Of a DNA stretch of 40,000 nt, positions 16,449 through 25,044 are shown piece after piece. Made by a program: the position numbers and the translations under genes. The stretch comes from Kosakonia phage Kc263: the sequence record MZ348422.1; one strand, written 5' to 3'. How positions within the stretch are numbered: position 1 is the first letter of the stretch; each line of letters begins with the position of its first letter. The notes below the pieces were generated by a model. The model made no database searches. It was not told the DNA's origin and saw only the letters and a list, made by a program, of their open reading frames with translations.

Positions 16449-18359
16449 TTAGTAATGGCTGTAACCGCCGTGCAGACCAATGGTGTTCGCCTGCATGTTC
16501 TGGTTGATCATTGCGGTAATCGCGTAGTTCAGGTAATCGTTGTTGCTGTTCATGCTCCACATGGAGGCCATGTTAGAACCGGACAGAGACAGGACGCCAG
16601 CGTGTGCCATTGCCTGAGCGAAGGTATTGAAGAAGGCGTTTTCCCAGATCAGACGACGGTTCCAACCTTCTACGATCACGTTTGCACCGAACAGCTGGTT
16701 CAGACGAGTGAAGATGTTGAACTGACGTACTTTCAGGTTGTCGCCACCCAGGAAACCGTTCACCAGACCCTGGTACTCGTGGATCGCTGATTCGTTGTTG
16801 CCGTAGTACTGCTCCTGACGCAGGAACATGCCGTCAACTTCGGCCAGGTCGAACCATTTGCCATCTTTGCCCTGTGCGATACCGGCCGGCAGCATGATGT
16901 TGGTTGCTTTCAGGATCGCTTCACCCGGTGCCCAGTCTTTACGCGGATCGCGGTTAGCCAGGCTAGCGTTTTTCGCCGCCAGTTTGCTGAACTCACCTTT
17001 GGACAGAACGTCCAGCAGATTGATCAGTGCACGGTGGTAGGTAGAGCTGGACGGTTTGGAAACCAGGTTCCACCAGAAGTCGCTGTTCGCAACGTCACGG
17101 CTGAAGGTTGCCAGATCCAGAACGTATACCGCGTTCGGCGCAACATAGGTGCTCAGCCACTGGTTAACAACCTGAGTGTTCAGGATGTTTTTGTCAGTGA
17201 TGAACTGTGCAGTACCGTACGCACCCTGCAGAACCTGCGACAGGTAGAAGTTGAAGTTACCGATGTTACCACGGTTACCCACTTCTTTACCGCGCAGCGC
17301 TTCGGCGAAGTAGTTCGGCTGGTTAGCACCGATTGCACCGTACAGGCCCAGGAGTGCGGTCAGCATGCTGTTGTTGTTGTTCAGGGTTTCGCCCGGAACG
17401 GTAACACCAGTGGAGATAACCGGTACCAGAGGACCGACAACACGACCCGGGTTCTGCGCACGCGCTTGACCGAACTGAGACACCGACATCGCTTCCAGGC
17501 TTACGGTCATGTAGTTGGTGGCTACAGAGCGGGTCTGAGAACTGTTCGGGTTCTGCGTGTTGTTTTTGTTGGTGGTGGAGATTTTCACCGCCAGGTTGTA
17601 CGGGGTCGGCTGGCCGTCGATGGTCAGACGGTGTACCGGTTCGATACGGGCTACTGCTGCGTCGTCTTTGCCGAACATGTTACCGTCTTTGAACGGGTTA
17701 GGCATGTCCAGGTTCATGACCGTCAGATCCAGGTAGGCGATGTTCAGCAGCGCGGTGTGCCATTCTTTCAGAATGGAGGTACGCACGTCGATGATCATGT
17801 CTTCGTATTTGACGGAGTTTTTCACGAACGGTTCCAGATCCAGAACAGTCGGGGCCAGGATGATGACCTTTTCCATCTGCTTGCCGTCAACGTAGCCGTA
17901 CTGCGTTTTCACTTTTTCCAGCAGCTGCATGTCCATGAAAGACGTGGCCGGTTTGGCGATACCGCGCGGTACAGATTCGTTTTGCAGGTAGATGGATTCG
18001 GTGACTTCGGTCACGCCTGCTTTGTAGAACAGAACCGGCATAACGTAAACGCGTGCGCCGATCACAGTTGACAGGGTGATGCCCGGCAGCTGAGGAGAGA
18101 TGTCCGGCGTCATGTTCTGCACGTTTTTCGGCAGCGTCATTTTCTGCGCTTCGGAGGCGGTGTTTTTGTTCAGCGCTTTCAGAACTTCTTCGACACTTTT
18201 AACAACGTCGTTCACTTCGGTGATGCTGTTGTTGGAAGAGATGAGGTTCTGCGAAGTCAGCAGCGCGAACAGTGGGTTGTTTTTATCCACGGAGTTTTTA
18301 CCTGCGTTATTGTTGTTGGAAGAATTCTGGGATTCGTTGTTTAAAGAATCGAGAGACAT
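16449..18359 (-). CDS. chmA: Chimallin, major phage nucleus shell protein (phiKZ gp54 / Goslar gp189-type)
   Basis: 636-aa ORF, size as expected for ChmA (about 630 aa), located immediately upstream of the DFDGD nvRNAP subunit, with PhuZ elsewhere in the window. Disordered N/S-rich N-terminus and flexible C-terminus. AAGGAA upstream. Confidence 0.87.
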   Translation of the reverse strand: MSLDSLNNESQNSSNNNNAGKNSVDKNNPLFALLTSQNLISSNNSITEVNDVVKSVEEVLKALNKNTASEAQKMTLPKNVQNMTPDISPQLPGITLSTVIGARVYVMPVLFYKAGVTEVTESIYLQNESVPRGIAKPATSFMDMQLLEKVKTQYGYVDGKQMEKVIILAPTVLDLEPFVKNSVKYEDMIIDVRTSILKEWHTALLNIAYLDLTVMNLDMPNPFKDGNMFGKDDAAVARIEPVHRLTIDGQPTPYNLAVKISTTNKNNTQNPNSSQTRSVATNYMTVSLEAMSVSQFGQARAQNPGRVVGPLVPVISTGVTVPGETLNNNNSMLTALLGLYGAIGANQPNYFAEALRGKEVGNRGNIGNFNFYLSQVLQGAYGTAQFITDKNILNTQVVNQWLSTYVAPNAVYVLDLATFSRDVANSDFWWNLVSKPSSSTYHRALINLLDVLSKGEFSKLAAKNASLANRDPRKDWAPGEAILKATNIMLPAGIAQGKDGKWFDLAEVDGMFLRQEQYYGNNESAIHEYQGLVNGFLGGDNLKVRQFNIFTRLNQLFGANVIVEGWNRRLIWENAFFNTFAQAMAHAGVLSLSGSNMASMWSMNSNNDYLNYAITAMINQNMQANTIGLHGGYSHY

Positions 18360-18627
18360 TGGGTCATTCCTTATACGATATAGGCTATAGATTAACGTTA
18401 ATTTACAGGGTGGGAGATACTAAAGAAAACATTTGTTTCTTTATACACTCTAATAATATAGACTTCAATTATTTTAGCGTCATAAAAATTTGACAGTAAA
18501 TCGTATGAATACATATCAATAGACGTACGACTCCCGTCTGTCATCTAAGGACAAGCCTTAGATGTTATTTTACATATAATAGAAACTTTCATTAATTTTT
18601 TAATGAAGCTTCTTTGAGGTCCCATTA

Positions 18628-19722
18628 ATGTCATACTTCAGACTTAACAACAATGGGCTGGATAACGGTGTTCAAGAATATGCGGCATTGAACAACCTGC
18701 GACGAATCATGGATCGAAACAATGATCGGTTTATCGACTATATCCATCTCGGTAATCGGGTGCTTGAAAACCAGAACCCATTGGTCACTTTTATCCAACT
18801 GTTTTCCGTGAACGTAGAATGGTCTCAGGAATACTTAATTAATGTGATCAAGAACAACGTTCAACATTACGCCAGTGAGGTCAACTTCACATCCTTGTAT
18901 AATAAAGGAAAGGACCACATTGGTAGCATCTATCCAGAAGCGGATCACCATACCTTACTTGTCGTACCGTTTGGGAATCCTTCTCCTGAGCAAATAGATG
19001 CGTATTTCAGTATTCCTTTAAATGAGCTGATTCCGTTCTATCCTATCTACAGCACGGATTATATCCAACGCTGGGATATCATGGAGATGATTGATACTCG
19101 TCAACGTAAGAATGGCACAGAGCTGTTCAGCATCGTTCAGATCGATCCCTGGGCATTGTTAATCGGATATTATCGCTGGCTGAAGTCAGGTCGGGAATAC
19201 GGTAACTCCCCGCACGGTTATTTGGCAGCGTATCCGCTGATGAACTGTTATCTGTATCATAACGAACTGGTCAATTACAACTACCTGAATGGGCAGCATG
19301 AAAAGATCAATGTCGTTAAAGGGTATTGGACATTAGAACCTTACTTTGTTCAGCTCACCGAGTATACCGAGTTCAAACACAAGAAACTGTTAGGGACCAT
19401 GTTGAAATCGTTCCGACATTTCTATCGGTATAATCGGGCTGTTAACCCCACCGTGGATCAAACTAAGTTTCTCTTTCCGCCGATGTACAAAAGCGGAATG
19501 TTTGTTCAATTGAACTGGGTATGGTCGCTGGCTTCACTGGGGATGGCTAAACATTATCTTCACTACATGAACTTTGTGGGTACAGTGGACGGCACCATGT
19601 CTAATGACCTGGACATGTACTTTACCAAAGTGCAATTACAAAACCAATTGAACCAAATCAAAAGCGAACCGTGGAAGAAACACTTTAATCAGGTTTGGAA
19701 CGACGTCAAAAAACTCAAATAA
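18628..19722 (+). CDS. Conserved jumbo-phage hypothetical protein, 364 aa, divergent from chmA
   Basis: Plus-strand ORF with TTGAGG upstream, followed by a strong hairpin. Confidence 0.7.
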   Translation: MSYFRLNNNGLDNGVQEYAALNNLRRIMDRNNDRFIDYIHLGNRVLENQNPLVTFIQLFSVNVEWSQEYLINVIKNNVQHYASEVNFTSLYNKGKDHIGSIYPEADHHTLLVVPFGNPSPEQIDAYFSIPLNELIPFYPIYSTDYIQRWDIMEMIDTRQRKNGTELFSIVQIDPWALLIGYYRWLKSGREYGNSPHGYLAAYPLMNCYLYHNELVNYNYLNGQHEKINVVKGYWTLEPYFVQLTEYTEFKHKKLLGTMLKSFRHFYRYNRAVNPTVDQTKFLFPPMYKSGMFVQLNWVWSLASLGMAKHYLHYMNFVGTVDGTMSNDLDMYFTKVQLQNQLNQIKSEPWKKHFNQVWNDVKKLK

Positions 19723-19729
19723 ACATAAG

Positions 19730-19758
19730 AACTCTACCCGGAATATCCGGGTAGAGTT
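19730..19758. terminator. Terminator-like hairpin between convergent genes
   Basis: AACTCTACCCGGA-ATA-TCCGGGTAGAGTT, 13-bp perfect stem. Confidence 0.82.
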
Positions 19759-19782
19759 AGCAAATGTTTTTACATAAAATTA

Positions 19783-21855
19783 TTAATGTTCGTCACTGAC
19801 TAAACGGGTAATGCTGTCGTTCATGAAATACAACCCGGTTGAGTTCAGCACCTCATAAACACACTTCAAGTTTTGCTTGATGACGGTACGGTAATCAATC
19901 GCTTGTTTGATTTCTTCTGGGATATCTCCGATGTACTGAAGACGTTCCATCGGAACAATGATGTTACCTAAATCACCACGCCCCGTTGACTCGATATACC
20001 CTTCCAGCCGTTTACGTAGATCTTCATCACCGATCTTCGCAATCCACTCCTTCATCTTTGTTTTCGATCCCAGATCTACTGACATCTTAACTCCGACATA
20101 AGGAAGCTCAGGCGCAGGACCGTATTTCTCTGAAAACACTTGTTCCCACATTTCGTGGTAGAAGTAAACAGATGCTTCGGGCTTACTGTATGCCTGACGG
20201 GTTTTGATCGACTGACGGGACAACCATTTCCAATCCCCACTTTGAATGTCATCAATGATGGTACGTTCCAGATCCCCAATCTCTTTTAATGTTTCAGGAG
20301 CATTAAGTTTCTTTTTGTGCTCGATCGCTTCTAAGGTATCGCTCATTAACTTCTGAGCAAACGCTTTGATGTTCGAAGCAATCTTCGATGACTTTAAGTG
20401 TACTCCTTTGATTTCCATATCGGGTTCTTCGTTCATCACCCCTTCCACCATTTGCTGACTAGCATAATAGTGTTTTGACATCAGGGTAGTAACGTAGGCG
20501 CCGAAATAGTACTCGTTCTTCATCCCCAACATGCGCAGGTTTTTCTTCGCCACGTTTAAGTTGGCTGAAAGCTGCTGATGCTGGTCCACAGAGATCATGC
20601 GGATGAAGTAGGTTAACACGGCATTCAGTTTCACCCCTTTGTCACGGTCATGGGTATAAGCTTCAATCATCTCGTCCACGGTATAGATGGAGGAGTCTGT
20701 ATCGGAAGTCAATACACAGTCGCGAACTGCAGAGGTTACATCGAACAGACCAGACGGTGGAATCGGTGACTTGAAGAAGATGTTCAACAGGTCAGCGTAT
20801 TTGTTTTCCACGTACATGTGGTGTTCGTTCAGGGCATTGATCTGAGTCTTACTTGGTTTACGACCAAGCTTAGAGATGGCCAGGACATATTTATCACCGT
20901 TATCCGGTTTTAAATAGTCTTCATCTGTTTTACCGTCTTCTGGAACTTTGATATCCACGTACTCGTCGAAGAACGTAGAGATCACATCACGGTTGTGATT
21001 AAACAGAGAAACCAAGTCCAAGGTATAAAGGATAGACGCCAACATCAATGGGCTGGTTTCTTTTAAGAAGGATTCAATCACCCCCATGTGGTGGGCAGAT
21101 GTCCAGTACCGGCTGGAACAGTACTTAACCCGATCCATCACTTCATCTACGGTCGGGTAATGAAGCTTATACTTCTCCATAACCGATTCGAGTTTCTTCA
21201 TATCGGTTACCTGAATACGGGCTACGATCGACTGTAACGTGTTTTCAGGGGTGTTATAGAAACGGTTACCGGCAATGAACTGTTCGTTGATTAAGTTGGC
21301 TGTGGACGTCAGGCAACGGCAAGTGGACGTTAATGATGTATGTCCAGTCTTGTTGTTGATTGGTGTCCCTTCTGACGACATGGCTCCCGATTGGGCGTTG
21401 TTAAAGATCTTAAAGGCGTTTTGTAATTCGTTATATTTGCCATACAGATCACTGCTTTTCGGAACCGATTGGCGCAGGTCTTTATAATACTTACGGTTAT
21501 CGATAAACAACCGGGTTCCGATGGAGTTTACACACTCTTCTTCATCCGAGTTGGTGTAGGCCACCATCGACGGGGAGAAGTGATAGTTCTTTTGCTGTAC
21601 ATACTTCAACACGGAAGAGAACGGGATCACTTTGAGTTCACGGTCTTCCATTTTGTTTTTGATAATGACTTTGGCGAGACGGGACTTGAATTTTTCTTTA
21701 TTAGCTTTAAAGTACTTCACCAAGTTCTGTCTGATCTCTTCTTCATCGCCACCTGTTTTCGCTTTAATAACCATGGTATACTGGTTAATCGCGTGTTTCA
21801 AGATGTTGCGATCACTCTCATATGTTTCTGAGAGAAATGGACCCACTCCAGACAT
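19783..21855 (-). CDS. Family-B DNA polymerase, C-terminal (palm motifs B/C and thumb) polypeptide of a split polymerase
   Basis: NELQNAFKIFNNAQSGAMSS resembles motif B (KxxxNSxYG). CVLTSDTDSSIY is motif C (DTDS, residues 385-388). No DxxSLYPS motif A and no exonuclease motifs are seen in the 690 aa. Confidence 0.72.
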   Translation of the reverse strand: MSGVGPFLSETYESDRNILKHAINQYTMVIKAKTGGDEEEIRQNLVKYFKANKEKFKSRLAKVIIKNKMEDRELKVIPFSSVLKYVQQKNYHFSPSMVAYTNSDEEECVNSIGTRLFIDNRKYYKDLRQSVPKSSDLYGKYNELQNAFKIFNNAQSGAMSSEGTPINNKTGHTSLTSTCRCLTSTANLINEQFIAGNRFYNTPENTLQSIVARIQVTDMKKLESVMEKYKLHYPTVDEVMDRVKYCSSRYWTSAHHMGVIESFLKETSPLMLASILYTLDLVSLFNHNRDVISTFFDEYVDIKVPEDGKTDEDYLKPDNGDKYVLAISKLGRKPSKTQINALNEHHMYVENKYADLLNIFFKSPIPPSGLFDVTSAVRDCVLTSDTDSSIYTVDEMIEAYTHDRDKGVKLNAVLTYFIRMISVDQHQQLSANLNVAKKNLRMLGMKNEYYFGAYVTTLMSKHYYASQQMVEGVMNEEPDMEIKGVHLKSSKIASNIKAFAQKLMSDTLEAIEHKKKLNAPETLKEIGDLERTIIDDIQSGDWKWLSRQSIKTRQAYSKPEASVYFYHEMWEQVFSEKYGPAPELPYVGVKMSVDLGSKTKMKEWIAKIGDEDLRKRLEGYIESTGRGDLGNIIVPMERLQYIGDIPEEIKQAIDYRTVIKQNLKCVYEVLNSTGLYFMNDSITRLVSDEH

Positions 21856-21938
21856 CTATCTTCCCTCATTGGAGAAAAAAAAATTAAGGTAATAACGATT
21901 ACCGAACCTACCTTATGGTAGGCTCAGTAATCAGTTAA

Positions 21939-22361
21939 TTATTTATCATTGACAACCAAAGTGTATTCGACATTAAGGTTGTTAAAGAAGTCCAGAATGG
22001 GGCCGCGATGATATTCCTGGAATTGACGTACCACAATGGTAGCTTCACGTGTCACGATCGACTGCAATGAGTCTTCGTTAATCCAAGGGAAGCCGATTGC
22101 GATCAGGTTGCTTTTGGTCACATCCAGCTGAAGAATGAAATAATCATACTTCGACGGGTCATTGACATTATCAACCTTGTCCTTGAACAGGCTGTAGAAA
22201 TTGGCGTGTTTCAACTGGATATCGGGGTCAATGATGCGGGCGGTATTGAAATCAGCGATGGCTGTCACAATAGCACCTTTATATTGATCCCCGAAGATCC
22301 CAGGGGCGATCATATCAAAGTTGATGATATCCCCTTTCTTTACACTGGTGAGAGTGGTCAT
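21939..22361 (-). CDS. Hypothetical protein, 140 aa
   Basis: ORF with TTAGAGG Shine-Dalgarno, overlaps the upstream stop. Confidence 0.6.
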   Translation of the reverse strand: MTTLTSVKKGDIINFDMIAPGIFGDQYKGAIVTAIADFNTARIIDPDIQLKHANFYSLFKDKVDNVNDPSKYDYFILQLDVTKSNLIAIGFPWINEDSLQSIVTREATIVVRQFQEYHRGPILDFFNNLNVEYTLVVNDK

Positions 22362-23026
22362 AAATCAAAAACCTCTAACATGATGATCGGGAAGGTTATC
22401 AAAACATTCCCGTGCTTCACCTTGTCGCCTGGCAGGTCCAATACAGTTATGTCTCGAACCAATTCATGAGGAAGAAGATTTAAGTTGATGGCTTTATACA
22501 GGAAATGGTTTAACCCTTCCAGTTGCGCACCATTATAAATACCTAACCATTCGGCCAGGTGGTTAACAAAATCGCCACCCTTGATACGCTGACCACTGAA
22601 AACATAATCCCAGCTTGGGGGATCTTCAGTTACCAATACGGCATGATCATTCACGTATTCAACGAAGAATTCCAACGGACCCCACAGATACCCGTCATCA
22701 GATCCGTCTAATACGGCTTCCAGCTTTTCTAAACACTCCTTTACTGACGTGTCAAAGCTAGCGACCTTTTCCACCAAAGTGACATCATCTTCACTGGCGA
22801 ACCCGTAATTGATTGCACCACCCACACTGGAAAAGAATTGGGCGCAGATTTTCCGCTGCCACGGTTTCAAGGTGTCCTTTTTAATTTGTGCTTTATAAGC
22901 TTCTTGAAAATTTAACATCACTTTCAAAATACTTTCATCATCGATGACTTCATCCTTAAAGTCACCGAGTTCGATAATGCCTTCCAGCAACTTATCGTAT
23001 TCGAAATGGTTGGCGCGAATAAACAT
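22358..23026 (-). CDS. Hypothetical protein, 222 aa
   Basis: Contiguous ORF, 4-nt overlap with the next gene. Confidence 0.6.
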   Translation of the reverse strand: MFIRANHFEYDKLLEGIIELGDFKDEVIDDESILKVMLNFQEAYKAQIKKDTLKPWQRKICAQFFSSVGGAINYGFASEDDVTLVEKVASFDTSVKECLEKLEAVLDGSDDGYLWGPLEFFVEYVNDHAVLVTEDPPSWDYVFSGQRIKGGDFVNHLAEWLGIYNGAQLEGLNHFLYKAINLNLLPHELVRDITVLDLPGDKVKHGNVLITFPIIMLEVFDL

Positions 23027-23033
23027 GCATGCC

Positions 23034-23378
23034 TCAGCTACACGTAAAGGTCATATGAGCAGTAGTGTAATTGGCTGCCATGACGCAGTAGATGTCAGAG
23101 TAATCCCGAGAGATTCCATCCAGCCACATTTTAAACATCATGTAGTCATTCTGAAAACGGTTATCAACCGCCGCATTTCCAGTATTAACACTTTCCGTAT
23201 TGAAGTTCGGGTCGTACGGAATATCGTGACGAACGCCGTACGCCAATAACAAAAGGGCAATGGCACTTATCATCACTTCCGTGGGCAACCCAGGAGCAGT
23301 AAGGTTATAACTAAACGTTTTGCTTAAAGGATCCTTACCAAGGTCCCATGAGCCGTTATTCAGATTCGAAAGATCCAT
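23034..23378 (-). CDS. Hypothetical protein, about 114 aa
   Basis: Start reassigned to MDLSNLNNGSW (AAGGAC 8 nt upstream). Confidence 0.55.
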   Translation of the reverse strand: MDLSNLNNGSWDLGKDPLSKTFSYNLTAPGLPTEVMISAIALLLLAYGVRHDIPYDPNFNTESVNTGNAAVDNRFQNDYMMFKMWLDGISRDYSDIYCVMAANYTTAHMTFTCS

Positions 23379-23667
23379 TAGTGCGGTCCTTAATATAGAA
23401 ACGTTGATTACGAAAATAATAATCCTCAACATTGTCCGAGATATTTAATTCGTTCATCAGCTGGTATAAAATAGGTTTGATCTCTCTTTTTATACTCACA
23501 TCCGATGGACCGAACCATCTGGACAGTTCTGCATTAAGAATTTCCTCCCGACGATGCGAGAGGAAATTCAAAGCAATGCTAAAGAGTCGTTCCTGATCCA
23601 GCTTATAACGTTTTGCCACCTGGGACAATGGGAGAATACTGCAAGAGTATATTTCCACATTGTTCAT
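23356..23667 (-). CDS. Hypothetical protein, 103 aa
   Basis: ORF, GAGG upstream, overlapping neighbours. Confidence 0.55.
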   Translation of the reverse strand: MNNVEIYSCSILPLSQVAKRYKLDQERLFSIALNFLSHRREEILNAELSRWFGPSDVSIKREIKPILYQLMNELNISDNVEDYYFRNQRFYIKDRTNGSFESE

Positions 23668-24220
23668 CCATTTGCCTCATAGCCATCTGCTTTTTGAACA
23701 AAGATTCAATAAGTTCTTCGGGAGCCAGCTCACCCATGAATTCATAGACATCAAAACTGTCTTCGAACTCTACCGCCAACTTTTCCATAAACTCATCGAA
23801 CCGACCTTTTAGCCTGTCATACAGTTCTGCGTTAGGATCCGGTAAATCCACCAAAGGGTTTGGCAGGTCTAATCCATTCTTCCCTTCCATTAAGATAAAT
23901 GTCAGGTTATCTCCATAACGCAGTAACGTATAGTCTTTCTTTGGATCGATGCCTTTGTTGGATTCAAGGTAATCTTTGAATTCCAGTAACAAGTCATCAA
24001 ACTCTTCAACTACTGCATCCGACTCATACCAATATGCCAGATCGGCCACCCGACAATGCCCAACTGTCATGAAGCAACCGACGGACTTTATCAACCATTC
24101 GCGCAACCCTTCCACTACCAGAGGAATGTCTTTTTCATACATCATTCGAAAAGACATCATCATCTTTTTGCGCACGTGTTCTTCAATGATGCGATCAAAT
24201 GAAGTAAACGTAACCAGCAT
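23603..24220 (-). CDS. Hypothetical protein, about 205 aa
   Basis: Start reassigned to MLVTFTSFDRIIEEHV; the ATG overlaps the upstream gene stop at 24222. Confidence 0.55.
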   Translation of the reverse strand: MLVTFTSFDRIIEEHVRKKMMMSFRMMYEKDIPLVVEGLREWLIKSVGCFMTVGHCRVADLAYWYESDAVVEEFDDLLLEFKDYLESNKGIDPKKDYTLLRYGDNLTFILMEGKNGLDLPNPLVDLPDPNAELYDRLKGRFDEFMEKLAVEFEDSFDVYEFMGELAPEELIESLFKKQMAMRQMDEQCGNILLQYSPIVPGGKTL

Positions 24221-24221
24221 A

Positions 24222-24698
24222 TTACCAATCGAAGGCTCGGCTAAGTTCTTCGGCGCTTGGGTAATCGGACACAAGGTACCCGAGGTCCTGTTCATGGTTA
24301 TCTCTTCGCTCATCGAGGTCCAGCATGTGGTTGTAAGTGGCATCCAGATCCATTGCAATGCCGTAACGTTTAAAAGTCCCAGCACTATGGGTAACCAGTT
24401 TATACCGCAGACGGTTATCAAACCCGGACAGAATAAACTGTTTCTTAATGTCGAAGACTTCTTGACGAATCACTTCTGCTAAGAAGCCCAGACGGTAGTC
24501 ATCCGGATAGCGCTCATACTGCTCATCGATCGCAGAATCAATGTTTCTGATATTGCTGTTCATTGCACCCAGAACCATATCAAGAACAAGAATGAGATAG
24601 TAGTTCACACACTCTTCTAACTTCTCATCTTCTTTCAATTGCGAAGTCAATGCAATTGCGATGCTGGTGCGTAAATTACGTTGATCAAAGTTGTACAT
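24222..24698 (-). CDS. Hypothetical protein, about 158 aa
   Basis: Start reassigned to MYNFDQRNLRTSIAIAL; overlaps the upstream gene end. Confidence 0.55.
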   Translation of the reverse strand: MYNFDQRNLRTSIAIALTSQLKEDEKLEECVNYYLILVLDMVLGAMNSNIRNIDSAIDEQYERYPDDYRLGFLAEVIRQEVFDIKKQFILSGFDNRLRYKLVTHSAGTFKRYGIAMDLDATYNHMLDLDERRDNHEQDLGYLVSDYPSAEELSRAFDW

Positions 24699-25002
24699 TA
24701 TTGGATCCAGGGGCAGAAAGGTTGTGATGGACAGATAACTGAAATTGCAAATTGCCAAGATCGGTCAGGACCGCAACGTCACAAGACGGAATCCCTAACA
24801 GCCGATGCTCAGCGTAGTCTTTCACACTTTCATAAACCGCAGAATGTTCGAAAGATAAGTTACGATCGTAAAATCCCGGACTTACTGGAAAACCGTTATC
24901 CAGACAAACTTTGGTCAGCATGGCTCGAGCGATTCCAATGTCATTTGCCGACAGGATATTAAAAGCATTGCGCTGATGTGCCAGATTAAACAAAATTTTC
25001 AT
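24685..25002 (-). CDS. Hypothetical protein, 105 aa, immediately downstream of phuZ
   Basis: ORF MKILFNLAHQRNAFNIL... Confidence 0.55.
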   Translation of the reverse strand: MKILFNLAHQRNAFNILSANDIGIARAMLTKVCLDNGFPVSPGFYDRNLSFEHSAVYESVKDYAEHRLLGIPSCDVAVLTDLGNLQFQLSVHHNLSAPGSNNVQL

Positions 25003-25012
25003 AGTAATAAGA

Positions 25013-25032
25013 GCCCTGGGATATCCCAGGGC
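25013..25032 (-). terminator. Hairpin downstream of phuZ
   Basis: GCCCTGGG-ATAT-CCCAGGGC followed on the minus strand by TCTTATT. Confidence 0.6.
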
Positions 25033-25044
25033 CTCCAGTTGGAT

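Noticed and set aside
17034-18071. 345-aa plus-strand ORF antisense to chmA
   Set aside because: Mirror-frame artefact of a strongly codon-biased gene; sequence is low-plausibility (R/V/H-rich), and the minus-strand frame is clearly chimallin-like.
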